Assembly: GCA_001769655.1 (NCBI GenBank)
Contig: MEPC01000042.1
Span: forward strand, 93,125 to 157,124
Source of the DNA: Bacteroidetes bacterium RIFCSPLOWO2_12_FULL_37_12
GTDB lineage: Bacteria; Bacteroidota; Bacteroidia; 2-12-FULL-37-12
Direction: 5' to 3'
DNA length: 64,000 nt
In this document: positions 30,699 to 40,356 of the stretch, piece after piece
Layout of the letters: every line of letters begins with the position of its first letter
How positions within the stretch are numbered: position 1 is the first letter of the stretch
Made by a program: the position numbers and the translations under genes
Notes under the pieces: generated by a model
The model's input: only the letters and a program-made list of their open reading frames with translations
What the model was told of the DNA's origin: nothing
Databases searched by the model: none

Positions 30699-31868
30699 AT
30701 GCTATATCTTCTTTTATTAATTATTTATTCCTCCTCTGTATTCGCGCAGGGTGACACTTCAATCGCCCGGGAAGCTATTTACAATCGCCCTTTTATTGGC
30801 GGAAATACCGGAAACATGGCGTCCGGCGGATATGCAGAAGGCAATACAAATTATTTCGCAACCGATGGTGTCAGCGAAGGTTTTTCCATGGAACTCAGGA
30901 GATTCAATCTTTTTCTTTATTCACCGGTGACCTCTCATATCAAATTTCTTTCTGAACTGGAATTTGAGCATGGAACTGAGGAAATAAATATCGAAACGGC
31001 AATGATTGATTTCAGGATATTTCCTGATTTCTCTTTTCGCGGAGGAATATTATTGACTCCCGTAGGTGATTTTAATATTAATCATGACAGTCCTAAGTGG
31101 GATATGATAAACAGACCCTTGGCGGCGACCGATATAGTTCCCTCTACTTTATCGGAAGTAGGGTTTGGCATTTTTGGAAATTTATTTCCGTGGAATGCAC
31201 GAATAACTTATTATTTATACCTATTGAATGGATTGGGCGAAAACGTCATTCACAATGAAGAAGGGAAGACGTTATTAAGAGCAGGAAAATCCGGAGAAAT
31301 GTTAGGAGAAGATAACAACGGCGTTCCTATGGGAAATGCGAGAATCAGCATAAATTTTCCATTATTGGGGGAATTGGGTATTTCCTGGTATGGTGGCGCT
31401 TACAATACGTTTAAAAAAGATGGATTGGATATAGATAAAAAAAGAAATTTGCATTTGGGATCTCTTTATTATCAGCGGGAATTTTTTCAACGGGTGACAC
31501 TCAATGGGGAAGTGTCACGGGTTTGGATTGATGTGCCTGCGGAAGCCGGAGAAAATTACGGTAACCGTCAATGGGGATATTTTTTAGACATGATATTTGC
31601 AGTGAAAAAAGGTAAAATGGGACGGCTTGAAAATGCCCGTCTAAATATTTTCATGCGTTCGGAATTTGTGGATTTTAACGAAGGTAAATTTATTTTATCC
31701 CGTGAACACAAATTCGATGAATTATATGCACTCAGCGGAGGCATTTCATTTTTTCCAATACCAGGGACCGTATTGCGTATGAACTACCGGTGGCACTGGG
31801 AATACGATTTACCGGGGAATCTCAGCCGTACCGGAGGGTTTCAGGTGGGATTGGCGAGTTATTTCTGA
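30699..31868 (+). CDS. outer-membrane beta-barrel (porin-like) protein
   Basis: Signal peptide, GGYAE, RRFNLF, FLSELEFEHG, alternating beta strands, C-terminal aromatic (ASYF). Confidence 0.8.
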   Translation: MLYLLLLIIYSSSVFAQGDTSIAREAIYNRPFIGGNTGNMASGGYAEGNTNYFATDGVSEGFSMELRRFNLFLYSPVTSHIKFLSELEFEHGTEEINIETAMIDFRIFPDFSFRGGILLTPVGDFNINHDSPKWDMINRPLAATDIVPSTLSEVGFGIFGNLFPWNARITYYLYLLNGLGENVIHNEEGKTLLRAGKSGEMLGEDNNGVPMGNARISINFPLLGELGISWYGGAYNTFKKDGLDIDKKRNLHLGSLYYQREFFQRVTLNGEVSRVWIDVPAEAGENYGNRQWGYFLDMIFAVKKGKMGRLENARLNIFMRSEFVDFNEGKFILSREHKFDELYALSGGISFFPIPGTVLRMNYRWHWEYDLPGNLSRTGGFQVGLASYF

Positions 31869-32228
31869 GTTAGCCCATTTCCTATGCACATCAAAAATAA
31901 ATTAACCCTATATTTGAAAAATTTATATAACTTTCAGGTTTTAGCTTATTAGCTCTGAAAGGCATACACGTCAACTGTTACTGCTCAGCTGTATGTTTAA
32001 TTCAGAAAAATAAAAGAAATTAAAAAATGTTCAGTGCCAAACGAACAACTAACAATATTCACGTAATCATCCCTTTAAGGTCAAACTTTCTTTTTTCGTT
32101 TGTCATTTTTTCTTTTTATTACTTGTTCATTGTAAATTGAACATTTGAAATTGTTCATTTTTTCTCTAATTTTCTGCTGTGTAGTTAAGAACTTTTTTCT
32201 CACTAATCAATAATCTCCGAATTCCCCC

Positions 32229-33731
32229 ATGCCCTCCCCCCGCGACCCCCAACTCGAAATTGCTCTCGGAAAAAGCGCCTTGCTCAAATCAAAAGTGCTG
32301 GCAATTTTTTTTGGAATTGTTTGGAGTGCTCAACTAACCATATTAATCGTTTTTACATTTATCTATAAAACGTGGTTCTCTCAGGTCACTTCTGAAATCT
32401 TAATACCCGTTGTATCTTTATTCGGATTAACTTTCTTCGCTGAATTATATTCTTTCTTTTATTTTAAAAAAGTTGTACGGGAAGGCAGAGCGTACGCTAT
32501 TAAAAAAGCATATCCGGTAGTTTTTCTGGAAGTCACTTTCCCTTCACTGATAATGTTTTTCCTGTTGATTCATTTTCCGCAAGGTATCCCTTTTACTAAA
32601 ATGGATTTAATGAACGGTCCACCGGTTTTTTTGTATTTATTTTTTATCATACTATCTGCGCTTTATTTGGACATGAAAATTTCCGTTTTTATTGGAATTA
32701 CCGCCGGAGTTGAATATGCATTATTATTGATTTTCTGGGGACAAGATGTAATTGCAGAAACTTTCGCCCCCTTGCTCTTTTTTAAATCTGTCATTTTTGT
32801 CGTTTGCAGTGTCATTTCCGGCATGGTTTCCATGAAAATAAGGGAAGCCGTTTTATCAGCCATGCGAACTAAAAATGAAATGATTCAAACATTAGATGAA
32901 AAAGTAAATGAAAAAACAAAAGAAATTCTCCTGAAAAAAGAAGAGATTGAAGAGAAAAACAAAAACATCACCGATAGCATTGAATATGCCTCGCGGATTC
33001 AACAGGCAATTCTTCCTGATTCAGGAAAAATAAAACAATTTGTCTCGCAGTCATTTATTCTATATGAACCCAAAGATGTGGTAAGCGGAGATTTTTACTG
33101 GTTTAAAGAATTGCCCGAAAAAGGAAAAGAATGTTTCATCATTGGAGTAGGTGATTGTACCGGACATGGAGTACCCGGTGCCTTGATGGCTATGATCGGA
33201 AACTCTTTATTGCACCAGATTGTAAACGAAAAAAAAGAAATCAGCCCCGCTAAAATTTTGAATCTGATGCACGAGGGAATAAGGAATATTTTGCGACAAT
33301 CGGAGGAAGACACAAGCACAAGAGATGGAATGGATATGGTTTTATGTACCGTAAATTTATCAGAGAAAAAAGTAATATATGCCGGCGCCAACCGTCCTTT
33401 GTTTTACTTCACACAAAATACCTTTCATGAAATTTCTCCGGATAAGTCACCAATAGGCGGATTTCAATGGGAAGAAAAAAGGAATTTTAATGAAACAATA
33501 ATCCCTTTGAATTCCGGTGACACAATTTATCTTGCATCAGATGGCTATCAGGACCAATTCGGTGGCACTCATAATAAAAAGTTTGTAAAAAGAAATTTTA
33601 TTGAATTGCTGGGAAATATTCAAAAACTATCTATGGAAGATCAGCAGAAAACATTATACAAAAATTACAAGGAATGGAAAGGTACGCGGGAGCAGACGGA
33701 TGATGTGTTGGTAGTTGGAATTAAAGCGTGA
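32229..33731 (+). CDS. membrane-bound SpoIIE/PP2C family phosphatase
   Basis: Several TM segments, coiled coil, SIEYASRIQQAILP, PKDVVSGDFYW, DCTGHGVPGA, DGMD, SDGYQDQFGG, QTDDVLV. Confidence 0.93.
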   Translation: MPSPRDPQLEIALGKSALLKSKVLAIFFGIVWSAQLTILIVFTFIYKTWFSQVTSEILIPVVSLFGLTFFAELYSFFYFKKVVREGRAYAIKKAYPVVFLEVTFPSLIMFFLLIHFPQGIPFTKMDLMNGPPVFLYLFFIILSALYLDMKISVFIGITAGVEYALLLIFWGQDVIAETFAPLLFFKSVIFVVCSVISGMVSMKIREAVLSAMRTKNEMIQTLDEKVNEKTKEILLKKEEIEEKNKNITDSIEYASRIQQAILPDSGKIKQFVSQSFILYEPKDVVSGDFYWFKELPEKGKECFIIGVGDCTGHGVPGALMAMIGNSLLHQIVNEKKEISPAKILNLMHEGIRNILRQSEEDTSTRDGMDMVLCTVNLSEKKVIYAGANRPLFYFTQNTFHEISPDKSPIGGFQWEEKRNFNETIIPLNSGDTIYLASDGYQDQFGGTHNKKFVKRNFIELLGNIQKLSMEDQQKTLYKNYKEWKGTREQTDDVLVVGIKA

Positions 33732-33736
33732 TTTCA

Positions 33737-36736
33737 CTACTCCATGCTTCTGTAAATTACATCCATTATTTTTGTTCTTACATCCATTGTAATGAGTTTT
33801 TTATTTCCCACATCCGGATGCACCCGGTTTGATAGAAAAATGTAAACCAGCTCTTTATCGGGGTCAACCCAAACGCAGGTACCCGTGAATCCTGAATGTC
33901 CGAATGTATTGGTTGATGCAAGTTCAGAAGTGGGACCATTCCCTTTGGGTTCTTTTTTATCCCAGCCCAATGAACGCCTGCTTACCGGGGTCTTGTAAGA
34001 GTAAAATTCTTTTACTATTCCTTTATTAAAATATCTTCTTCCGCCATAATAACCGTCCTGCAAATTCATCTGCATTAAGACGGCTAAATCATGGATGTTA
34101 GAAAAAAGACCGGCATGACCGGCAATTCCTCCCTGCATCGCGGCACCAGGATCGTGAACAGTGCCACGAATCAATTCTCTGCGGAATACAGTATCCATCT
34201 CTGTTGGCGCCATTCTGTCAAGTGGAAATTTTTTCAACGGATTGTAACCAAGGGTGGATAATCCCAATGGATTATAAAAAGTTCTGGTTAGAAAATTTTC
34301 CATTGGTTCGTAGAGAATATTTTCAACGGCTTTCTTCATGATTTGAAAACCAATGTCACTATAAACATATTCTTTCTTTCCGGTAACGGGAGAATTGATT
34401 GTCCATTTCCAAACGGAATCAGGTAATGAAGGAATCCCTTTCAAAGAGGAAGAAACAGAAATGCCGGAATTTATAGTGTCACCGGAAGGAAAATAAAAAA
34501 CGGGAGATATTTTTCCGGTTTTTTTATCGAGTGTATTTTTCCAATATTCCAGGTAGGCGGGCAACCCGGACTGATGGGTGAGAATATCCACAATTTTCAA
34601 GGTATCTTTATTCGTCCTCTTTAATTCGGGAATATAATAGGAAACGGGTTTGTTCAGATCAATTTTATCTTCGCTTTTCAGATACATAATTGCCTGCAGT
34701 GTGCCTGCCACTTTTGATACAGATGCTATATCATATAACGTGTTTGGTGTCACCTTTTCGAGCGAATCATACGCAGTATATCCAAAACATTTTTCAAAGA
34801 CCACCAACCCTTTTCGTGCCACAAGAACCTGAGCGCCGGGTGTGGCTTTGTTTTTTATGGCATCGTTTGCAATACTATCAATTTTATTAAGACACACTGA
34901 GGACATTCCCACTTCTTCAGGATATCCAACCCGTAATCGTAAATTACTGTTTGTTTTAATTCCCGTTCCATACGAAAATTGCGGAGAGGCAGTAACCGGA
35001 AGCGTTCCCTTTACACCCATAGCGCCAAATAATATCTGAGGAGCTATCTGCCGGGTGTAGTCATTATCCTCATAAGAAAGTAAAAGCCAATGAAAATTTT
35101 CGAGTAGGGTCAAGGCGTAAGGAGTTCCAAACAATACTATGATGACGCGGGTTTTTTGATTCAATTCCTCAAGCATGCTCAATAAACGTTTATCCATTCC
35201 AAAATCCCTGCTTTGAATTTTACCAATCCTGTGTAATCCTACGACCACTACATCAAAATCATCAAGCATGTGCTTCAACGAATCATACGCTATATCAGCA
35301 TCATTTTTCTTCAGTGTAAAATGTGAAAATGGTGCATAATGAGTGAGGGTTTGCTGAAATAAATTTCCTTCCGGAGCGCCTGCAGAAAGAGAGGCGAAAC
35401 GAAAGGTCTCTGGAGATTGAACCGGAAGGAAATCTTTTTCATTTCTGACAAGGGTTTGTGCATCTTCATATAACTGGCTCGCAAATATTTTAGCAGTGGC
35501 ATTATTAAGATTATTAAAAAGATTAGTATCGGGAATGGTTTGTTTTCGTTTTAACCCACACCAATATTTGAAATACAATATTTTTCTGACACTATTGTCT
35601 ATATCCTCACGAAGTAGTGTTCCGTCAGCAACGGCATTACAAATTTCTTTTATGGCAAGAGGGATATTCTCCGGATAAAGCAATACATCGTTGCCTGCCT
35701 GTAATGCTTTTACTTCTAATTTTCCAGGTTCAAAATATTTACTGACTGCTTTCATGTTCAGGGCATCGGTAAAAATCAAACCCTGAAATCTCAATTTATC
35801 TTTTAACAATTCACAAACCACGTTTTCGGAGAGCGTAGTAGAGGAAAACGCAGTAGAATCCATGGTGGGAATATGAAGGTGTGCCACCATCATGCTCATA
35901 AGTCCGTGGTTTATTAATTTCCGAAAAGGAAATAATTCTAAGGAATCAAGACGTTTTACATCATGATTAAGCAGAGGAAGTTCAACATGGGAATCAGCGC
36001 CCGTGTCACCGTGTCCTGGAAAATGTTTTCCATTCGCAATAATGCCATTTTGCTGAAGACCTTCCATATAGGCATACGCTTTATCAAAGACCTCCTCGCG
36101 GGATTCGCCGAAGGAGCGGTCACCAATCACCGGGTTCAGCGGATTACTGTTTATATCAGCAACGGGAGCAAAATTTACATGAATGCCAAGCATTTTGCAC
36201 TGGGATGCAATTTCTTTTCCCATTTCAAAAATTTTACGATTATCATTGATGGCACCCAGTGTCATTTGTCTGGGAAAACTGAGTGTGCTGTCGAGGCGCA
36301 TCCCCAAACCCCATTCTCCATCAATGGAAATAAGCAAAGGAACATTGGAAATTGCCTGCCAACGATTTGTCAATTTTACCTGACGCACAGGTCCCCCCTG
36401 AAAAAAAATCAATCCCCCGATTTTATAATCCCTTATCAGCGAATCAATTTTGAGATTAAATTTTTCGTCTCGGTTAGAATACGCCGCAACCATAAATAAT
36501 TGCCCTATTTTTTCTTCCTCACTCAACGTATTAAAAACACTGTCCACCCAAGGGTGATTTAATTGGGGTTTGAAAAGATTTTTCAGAGTGGATGTATCAG
36601 CGGAATAAGGCATTTGTTCCCATGAAATAATATCCCTGCGTTTTGGTTGGTGAGTTATTTTTTTGGGTACCTTGCAATGAATGAGCAGAAACGTAAAAAA
36701 TAGCAATAAGAAATATTTTGTCTTCTTAAAATTCAT
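33737..36736 (-). CDS. GH3 beta-N-acetylglucosaminidase fused to a beta-lactamase-family serine hydrolase
   Basis: SIDGEWGLGMRL, NFAPVAD, KHFPGHGDT..DSH, FTDALNM; C-terminal ASVSK (SxxK), LTHQSG, YSD, FGHSGFTG. Probable start MNFKK at 36736; the track's start lies in a REP hairpin. Confidence 0.93.
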   Translation of the reverse strand: MNFKKTKYFLLLFFTFLLIHCKVPKKITHQPKRRDIISWEQMPYSADTSTLKNLFKPQLNHPWVDSVFNTLSEEEKIGQLFMVAAYSNRDEKFNLKIDSLIRDYKIGGLIFFQGGPVRQVKLTNRWQAISNVPLLISIDGEWGLGMRLDSTLSFPRQMTLGAINDNRKIFEMGKEIASQCKMLGIHVNFAPVADINSNPLNPVIGDRSFGESREEVFDKAYAYMEGLQQNGIIANGKHFPGHGDTGADSHVELPLLNHDVKRLDSLELFPFRKLINHGLMSMMVAHLHIPTMDSTAFSSTTLSENVVCELLKDKLRFQGLIFTDALNMKAVSKYFEPGKLEVKALQAGNDVLLYPENIPLAIKEICNAVADGTLLREDIDNSVRKILYFKYWCGLKRKQTIPDTNLFNNLNNATAKIFASQLYEDAQTLVRNEKDFLPVQSPETFRFASLSAGAPEGNLFQQTLTHYAPFSHFTLKKNDADIAYDSLKHMLDDFDVVVVGLHRIGKIQSRDFGMDKRLLSMLEELNQKTRVIIVLFGTPYALTLLENFHWLLLSYEDNDYTRQIAPQILFGAMGVKGTLPVTASPQFSYGTGIKTNSNLRLRVGYPEEVGMSSVCLNKIDSIANDAIKNKATPGAQVLVARKGLVVFEKCFGYTAYDSLEKVTPNTLYDIASVSKVAGTLQAIMYLKSEDKIDLNKPVSYYIPELKRTNKDTLKIVDILTHQSGLPAYLEYWKNTLDKKTGKISPVFYFPSGDTINSGISVSSSLKGIPSLPDSVWKWTINSPVTGKKEYVYSDIGFQIMKKAVENILYEPMENFLTRTFYNPLGLSTLGYNPLKKFPLDRMAPTEMDTVFRRELIRGTVHDPGAAMQGGIAGHAGLFSNIHDLAVLMQMNLQDGYYGGRRYFNKGIVKEFYSYKTPVSRRSLGWDKKEPKGNGPTSELASTNTFGHSGFTGTCVWVDPDKELVYIFLSNRVHPDVGNKKLITMDVRTKIMDVIYRSME

Positions 36737-36781
36737 CGTTGTAAAAGTACTGAATTTTTTCTCCGTTTTCATTAAAAAAAA

Positions 36782-36817
36782 CCTCCCCCAGCCCCTCTCC
36801 AAAAAAATGGAGAGGGG
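36782..36817. repeat. REP-like hairpin, copy 1
   Basis: CCTCCCCCAGCCCCTCTCC-aaaaaaat-GGAGAGGGG. Confidence 0.85.
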
Positions 36818-36882
36818 TGAACGAACGCCTGGATTTACATCACATTAATCTGTAAATCATAATTTTCATGTACATTTGAAGA

Positions 36883-37116
36883 ATGAAACTCCCGTCATTA
36901 TTCCCACTTCCCAAAAACAAGAAATTTGATTATCAGCCCAGATACTTTCAGGAAGAAAAAGATTCTATGACAGAGGAAAAACAAACTATGAGTGGACTTT
37001 TCAGGAAAAGAAGACACCTTTTCAATTTCCGAAAAGAAAAAATCAAAACCTCAGCTATACGAACACTAATTTTTCTGATTTTGCTCATAGGATTGTTTTT
37101 TTACCTGCTGAAATGA
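36883..37116 (+). CDS. small hypothetical membrane protein
   Basis: K.FDYQPRY motif, C-terminal TM helix, TACATTTG promoter element directly upstream. Confidence 0.75.
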   Translation: MKLPSLFPLPKNKKFDYQPRYFQEEKDSMTEEKQTMSGLFRKRRHLFNFRKEKIKTSAIRTLIFLILLIGLFFYLLK

Positions 37117-37138
37117 AATTTTTTATTATTAAATCCTA

Positions 37139-37175
37139 CCTCACCCCAGCCCCTCTCCAAAAAAAGGAGAGGGGC
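37139..37175. repeat. REP-like hairpin, copy 2
   Basis: CCTCACCCCAGCCCCTCTCC-aaaaaaa-GGAGAGGGGC. Confidence 0.85.
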
Positions 37176-37261
37176 GAAAAATTTGTTGAATTTTTTATAC
37201 AGTTTATGTGAAATTCAAAAAATTTTCATGTAAGTTTGCGTATCCAATTAATCCTATTCCA

Positions 37262-38479
37262 TTGAAAACACTCGCACACCCACAAACGCTATCGGACCGG
37301 ATTGAAAACCTTACAGAGTCACAGACGCTTGCCATGTCAAAAAAAGCGCGTGAACTGATTGCAAAAGGAGTTGATGTCATTAATTTAAGTTTGGGGGAGC
37401 CCAATTTTCCTACTCCCGAACCCATTGTAAAAGCCGCGATGGATGCCTTGCAAGCCCGCAAATACACCTATTATACACCCGTTAGCGGATACCTCGATTT
37501 GAGAGAAGCAATTTGTGAAAAATTCAAACGTGATAATGAACTTTCGTTTACGCCGGAACAAATTATTGTTTCTACCGGAGTGAAACAATCAGTAGCAAAC
37601 GTAATTTTAAGCGTGATTAATCCTGGTGATGAAGTGCTGATTCCTTCACCTTACTGGGTGAGCTATAATACGCTCATACAATTAGCAGAAGGGGTTTGTA
37701 AAACGATACCTTCTTCCGTGGATACTCATTTTAAAATAGATCCGCAACAAATTAAAGATGCTATTACACCCAGGACACGCATGCTCATTTTTTCATCTCC
37801 CTGCAATCCATCGGGCACTGTTTTAAGCGAGAAAGAATTAGCCGCCTGGGCTGAGGTTTTAAAAGAACATGAAAACATTGTAATTGTTTCAGATGAAATT
37901 TATGAATATATTAATTTTACCGGCAAACATCATAGTATAGGAAGTTTTCAAGAGTTGCGTGACCGGGTGGTGATTCTGAATGGTCTCTCAAAAAGTTATG
38001 CCATGACGGGATGGAGGTTGGGATACATGGCGGCGCCGTTATGGATTGCGAAAGCGTGTGAGAAAGTGCAGGGGCAGGTGACATCCGCTACATGCTCTAT
38101 TACCCAGCGTGCCGCTATAGTGGCACTGAAATCAAAATTAAGTGAAACCGATGATATGCTGAAGGCATATTTAAGAAGGCGGGATCTCATGGCAGGATTA
38201 TTAAAAAAAATTCCCGGATTAAAATTTGACATTCCACAAGGAGCGTTTTATATTTTTACGGATGTGAGCAGTTACTTTGGAACACATTGGAATGGAAAGA
38301 AAATTTTATCGGCTGAAGACATGAGTTTTTACCTGCTCGAAAAAGCGCATGTGGCATTAGTACCCGGCGAAGCATTCGGGGATCCCAACAGTATCCGGTT
38401 TGTATATGCCGCTGAGGACGAGAAAATCTGCAAAGCAGTGGATCGGATTGAGAAAGCGTTGGGGGAATTGAGGAGATGA
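37262..38479 (+). CDS. PLP-dependent class I/II aminotransferase (aspartate aminotransferase-like)
   Basis: LSLGEPNF, SPCNPSG, SDEIYE, NGLSKSYAMTGWRLGY, PQGAFY. Start is probably TTG 37262, downstream of TAAGTTTG (37231-37238). Confidence 0.93.
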   Translation: MKTLAHPQTLSDRIENLTESQTLAMSKKARELIAKGVDVINLSLGEPNFPTPEPIVKAAMDALQARKYTYYTPVSGYLDLREAICEKFKRDNELSFTPEQIIVSTGVKQSVANVILSVINPGDEVLIPSPYWVSYNTLIQLAEGVCKTIPSSVDTHFKIDPQQIKDAITPRTRMLIFSSPCNPSGTVLSEKELAAWAEVLKEHENIVIVSDEIYEYINFTGKHHSIGSFQELRDRVVILNGLSKSYAMTGWRLGYMAAPLWIAKACEKVQGQVTSATCSITQRAAIVALKSKLSETDDMLKAYLRRRDLMAGLLKKIPGLKFDIPQGAFYIFTDVSSYFGTHWNGKKILSAEDMSFYLLEKAHVALVPGEAFGDPNSIRFVYAAEDEKICKAVDRIEKALGELRR

Positions 38480-38495
38480 TTATCAAGTTTTTTTG

Positions 38496-38849
38496 TTATT
38501 TTGTTTTCAATTTCAAAAAATCTCCGTCCACAATAAATAATTTTACCCCATTAATTGAACGTGTACGGTGCGAACTTAATTCATCCGACACCTGATACGA
38601 CATTCCTTTCATTAATTTAAATACGCTACCGTCAGCAAGTTCTGTGTCCATTTCTCCTTCGATGCAATAAATGATGTGCCCTTTTTCGCACCAATGGTCT
38701 GCCTTGTAATTTTGGGAATATTCAACCATTCTTATTCTCAGTCCTTCGAACTGAAGGGTTTTCCAATAGGCAACTCCGGTTTCTCCTTTGTGTTCAGTGG
38801 TGGGAATTTTGTCCCAATCTGTGAGCTGAAAAGGTATGTTTTGGATCAT
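38496..38849 (-). CDS. DHCW-motif cupin fold protein
   Basis: HKGETG.AYW, RIRMVEYS, ADHWCEKGH, GMSYQVSD. Confidence 0.88.
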   Translation of the reverse strand: MIQNIPFQLTDWDKIPTTEHKGETGVAYWKTLQFEGLRIRMVEYSQNYKADHWCEKGHIIYCIEGEMDTELADGSVFKLMKGMSYQVSDELSSHRTRSINGVKLFIVDGDFLKLKTK

Positions 38850-38927
38850 GTGGAATGAGGTGTTTAAGGATTCTGATTAACGTTTCTCTTTTGTATTTTG
38901 TGAAACGATGGTTGAGTATCAGTGTCA

Positions 38928-39458
38928 CTATTTATGAATCACCACCTCGGAAGTTCGCACACGGTTGCTGATGTGCTTAGCCAGATCCTGAATTTCCACT
39001 TCAAAAAGAATGGTGTCATTTACGCTTAGGCGGGTATCATTGGCAAAAATGTCAAACACATCTATAAAACCTTCCACTTGCCTTTTTACTCCGGGTTTTG
39101 AAATACCCTCGGGTAATCGGAACTCGTATGGCTCTGCAATAGAGTTGGTGTCGGGAAAGGATCCCGTGTCAATTTTCATTTCAATAAAATTTCCTTTTAC
39201 CTTTCTGAATTTAGTCAGAAAAATATCAGCGTCACCGATTTGGTCGGTTGGATACCCTAAGTCACCATCTCCATCGGTAAAGGATAATGTAACTTTTACC
39301 ACAGATTCAATTCCCTGATTATTCCTAAGCACTTCAATCTTTTCAAACTTCAAAGCGGGAATCACAGAGAAATCGGGCGTTTCGATGCAGGAAGTCGTAA
39401 CTATAAAAATTGTCAGGGAGAGTAGCCACAAATGACCACGGAAATAAAAGGTTTTCAT
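38928..39458 (-). CDS. hypothetical lipoprotein
   Basis: Lipobox TTSC; SFTDGDGDLG motif; TAAATTTG promoter element on the minus strand near 39483-39490. Confidence 0.8.
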   Translation of the reverse strand: MKTFYFRGHLWLLSLTIFIVTTSCIETPDFSVIPALKFEKIEVLRNNQGIESVVKVTLSFTDGDGDLGYPTDQIGDADIFLTKFRKVKGNFIEMKIDTGSFPDTNSIAEPYEFRLPEGISKPGVKRQVEGFIDVFDIFANDTRLSVNDTILFEVEIQDLAKHISNRVRTSEVVIHK

Positions 39459-39525
39459 GTCTGACAGGGTTGATTGTTTTACAAATTTACGTGAAAATTT
39501 TGTACTTTTGTAAATAAATATAATA

Positions 39526-40017
39526 ATGCGTCCGATTGCAACTTCTAAAAAAAATAAAAAAAGTGTATATGTTGAAACATCCGTAATCAGTTATCTTGTG
39601 GATGAAAGAATAAAAATCAGATCCTTTATTGAAATAACTACACGTTGGTGGAATACCCAGCGCAAATACTATATGACATTTATTTCTCCTGAGGTTATTG
39701 CCGAACTCCAAAAAGGAAATTACCCGAATAAAACAAAGGCAATAGAACATGCTTTGACTATTCAATTAGTTGAACGAAAAAAGGAAATTATTGATATTGC
39801 CTCTATTTATATGAAAAATTTCCTTATGCCAAAAGAATTAATTGGCGATGCAATGCACCTTGCTTATGCTTCCTATTTTAAAATTGATTTTTTATTAACT
39901 TGGAACTGCACTCACTTAGCAAACGCCAATAAAAAAGAACATATCCGTATATTAAATTCAAGATTAAATTTATTTGTCCCGGAAATCATTACCCCTATGG
40001 AATTATTTATTGATTAA
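39526..40017 (+). CDS. PIN-domain (VapC-like) nuclease
   Basis: VYVETSVISYL, S..V..EL, DAMHLA, DFLLTWNCTHLAN, PEIITPMEL. Confidence 0.9.
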   Translation: MRPIATSKKNKKSVYVETSVISYLVDERIKIRSFIEITTRWWNTQRKYYMTFISPEVIAELQKGNYPNKTKAIEHALTIQLVERKKEIIDIASIYMKNFLMPKELIGDAMHLAYASYFKIDFLLTWNCTHLANANKKEHIRILNSRLNLFVPEIITPMELFID

Positions 40018-40036
40018 ACTTAAATATCTTTATACA

Positions 40037-40195
40037 ATGGAAACAACAATTTTATTAAAAGAAAAGTGGAGGGTTCAAAAAGAATTAGCTGAAAGTGCTG
40101 GTTACAACCTTACAAAATATACTGTTTTAGTAGATAGTATTGTAAAGTATGTAAGACAAAAGTATAAAAAGAAAAACAAAACAGGATTTCAATAA
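40037..40195 (+). CDS. small basic protein downstream of the PIN gene, putative antitoxin partner
   Basis: ATG 40037: METTILLKEKWRVQKELAESAGYNL...; size and position are typical of partners of this PIN subfamily. Confidence 0.6.
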   Translation: METTILLKEKWRVQKELAESAGYNLTKYTVLVDSIVKYVRQKYKKKNKTGFQ

Positions 40196-40356
40196 ACTTC
40201 CTCGTAATACCGTTCAGTTTTCATACCATATACCTTATACCTTCCATCAATGACCGCTTTTAAACAACAACTTGAAAAAGAAAAAGCAGAAAAAGTTGCA
40301 AAAGAAGTCAAACAGCGCAGGATAACCTTGAAGGTTTGGATTATTTTAACAACCAG

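Noticed and set aside
33737..34900. Beta-lactamase domain as an antibiotic-resistance gene
   Set aside because: It is the C-terminal serine-hydrolase domain of a common GH3 fusion, more consistent with peptidoglycan recycling.
36737..36802. Track N-terminal extensions of the GH3 gene (also purD, lysC, TrmH and the aminotransferase)
   Set aside because: They run through repeats or promoter elements; downstream starts match the family N-termini better.
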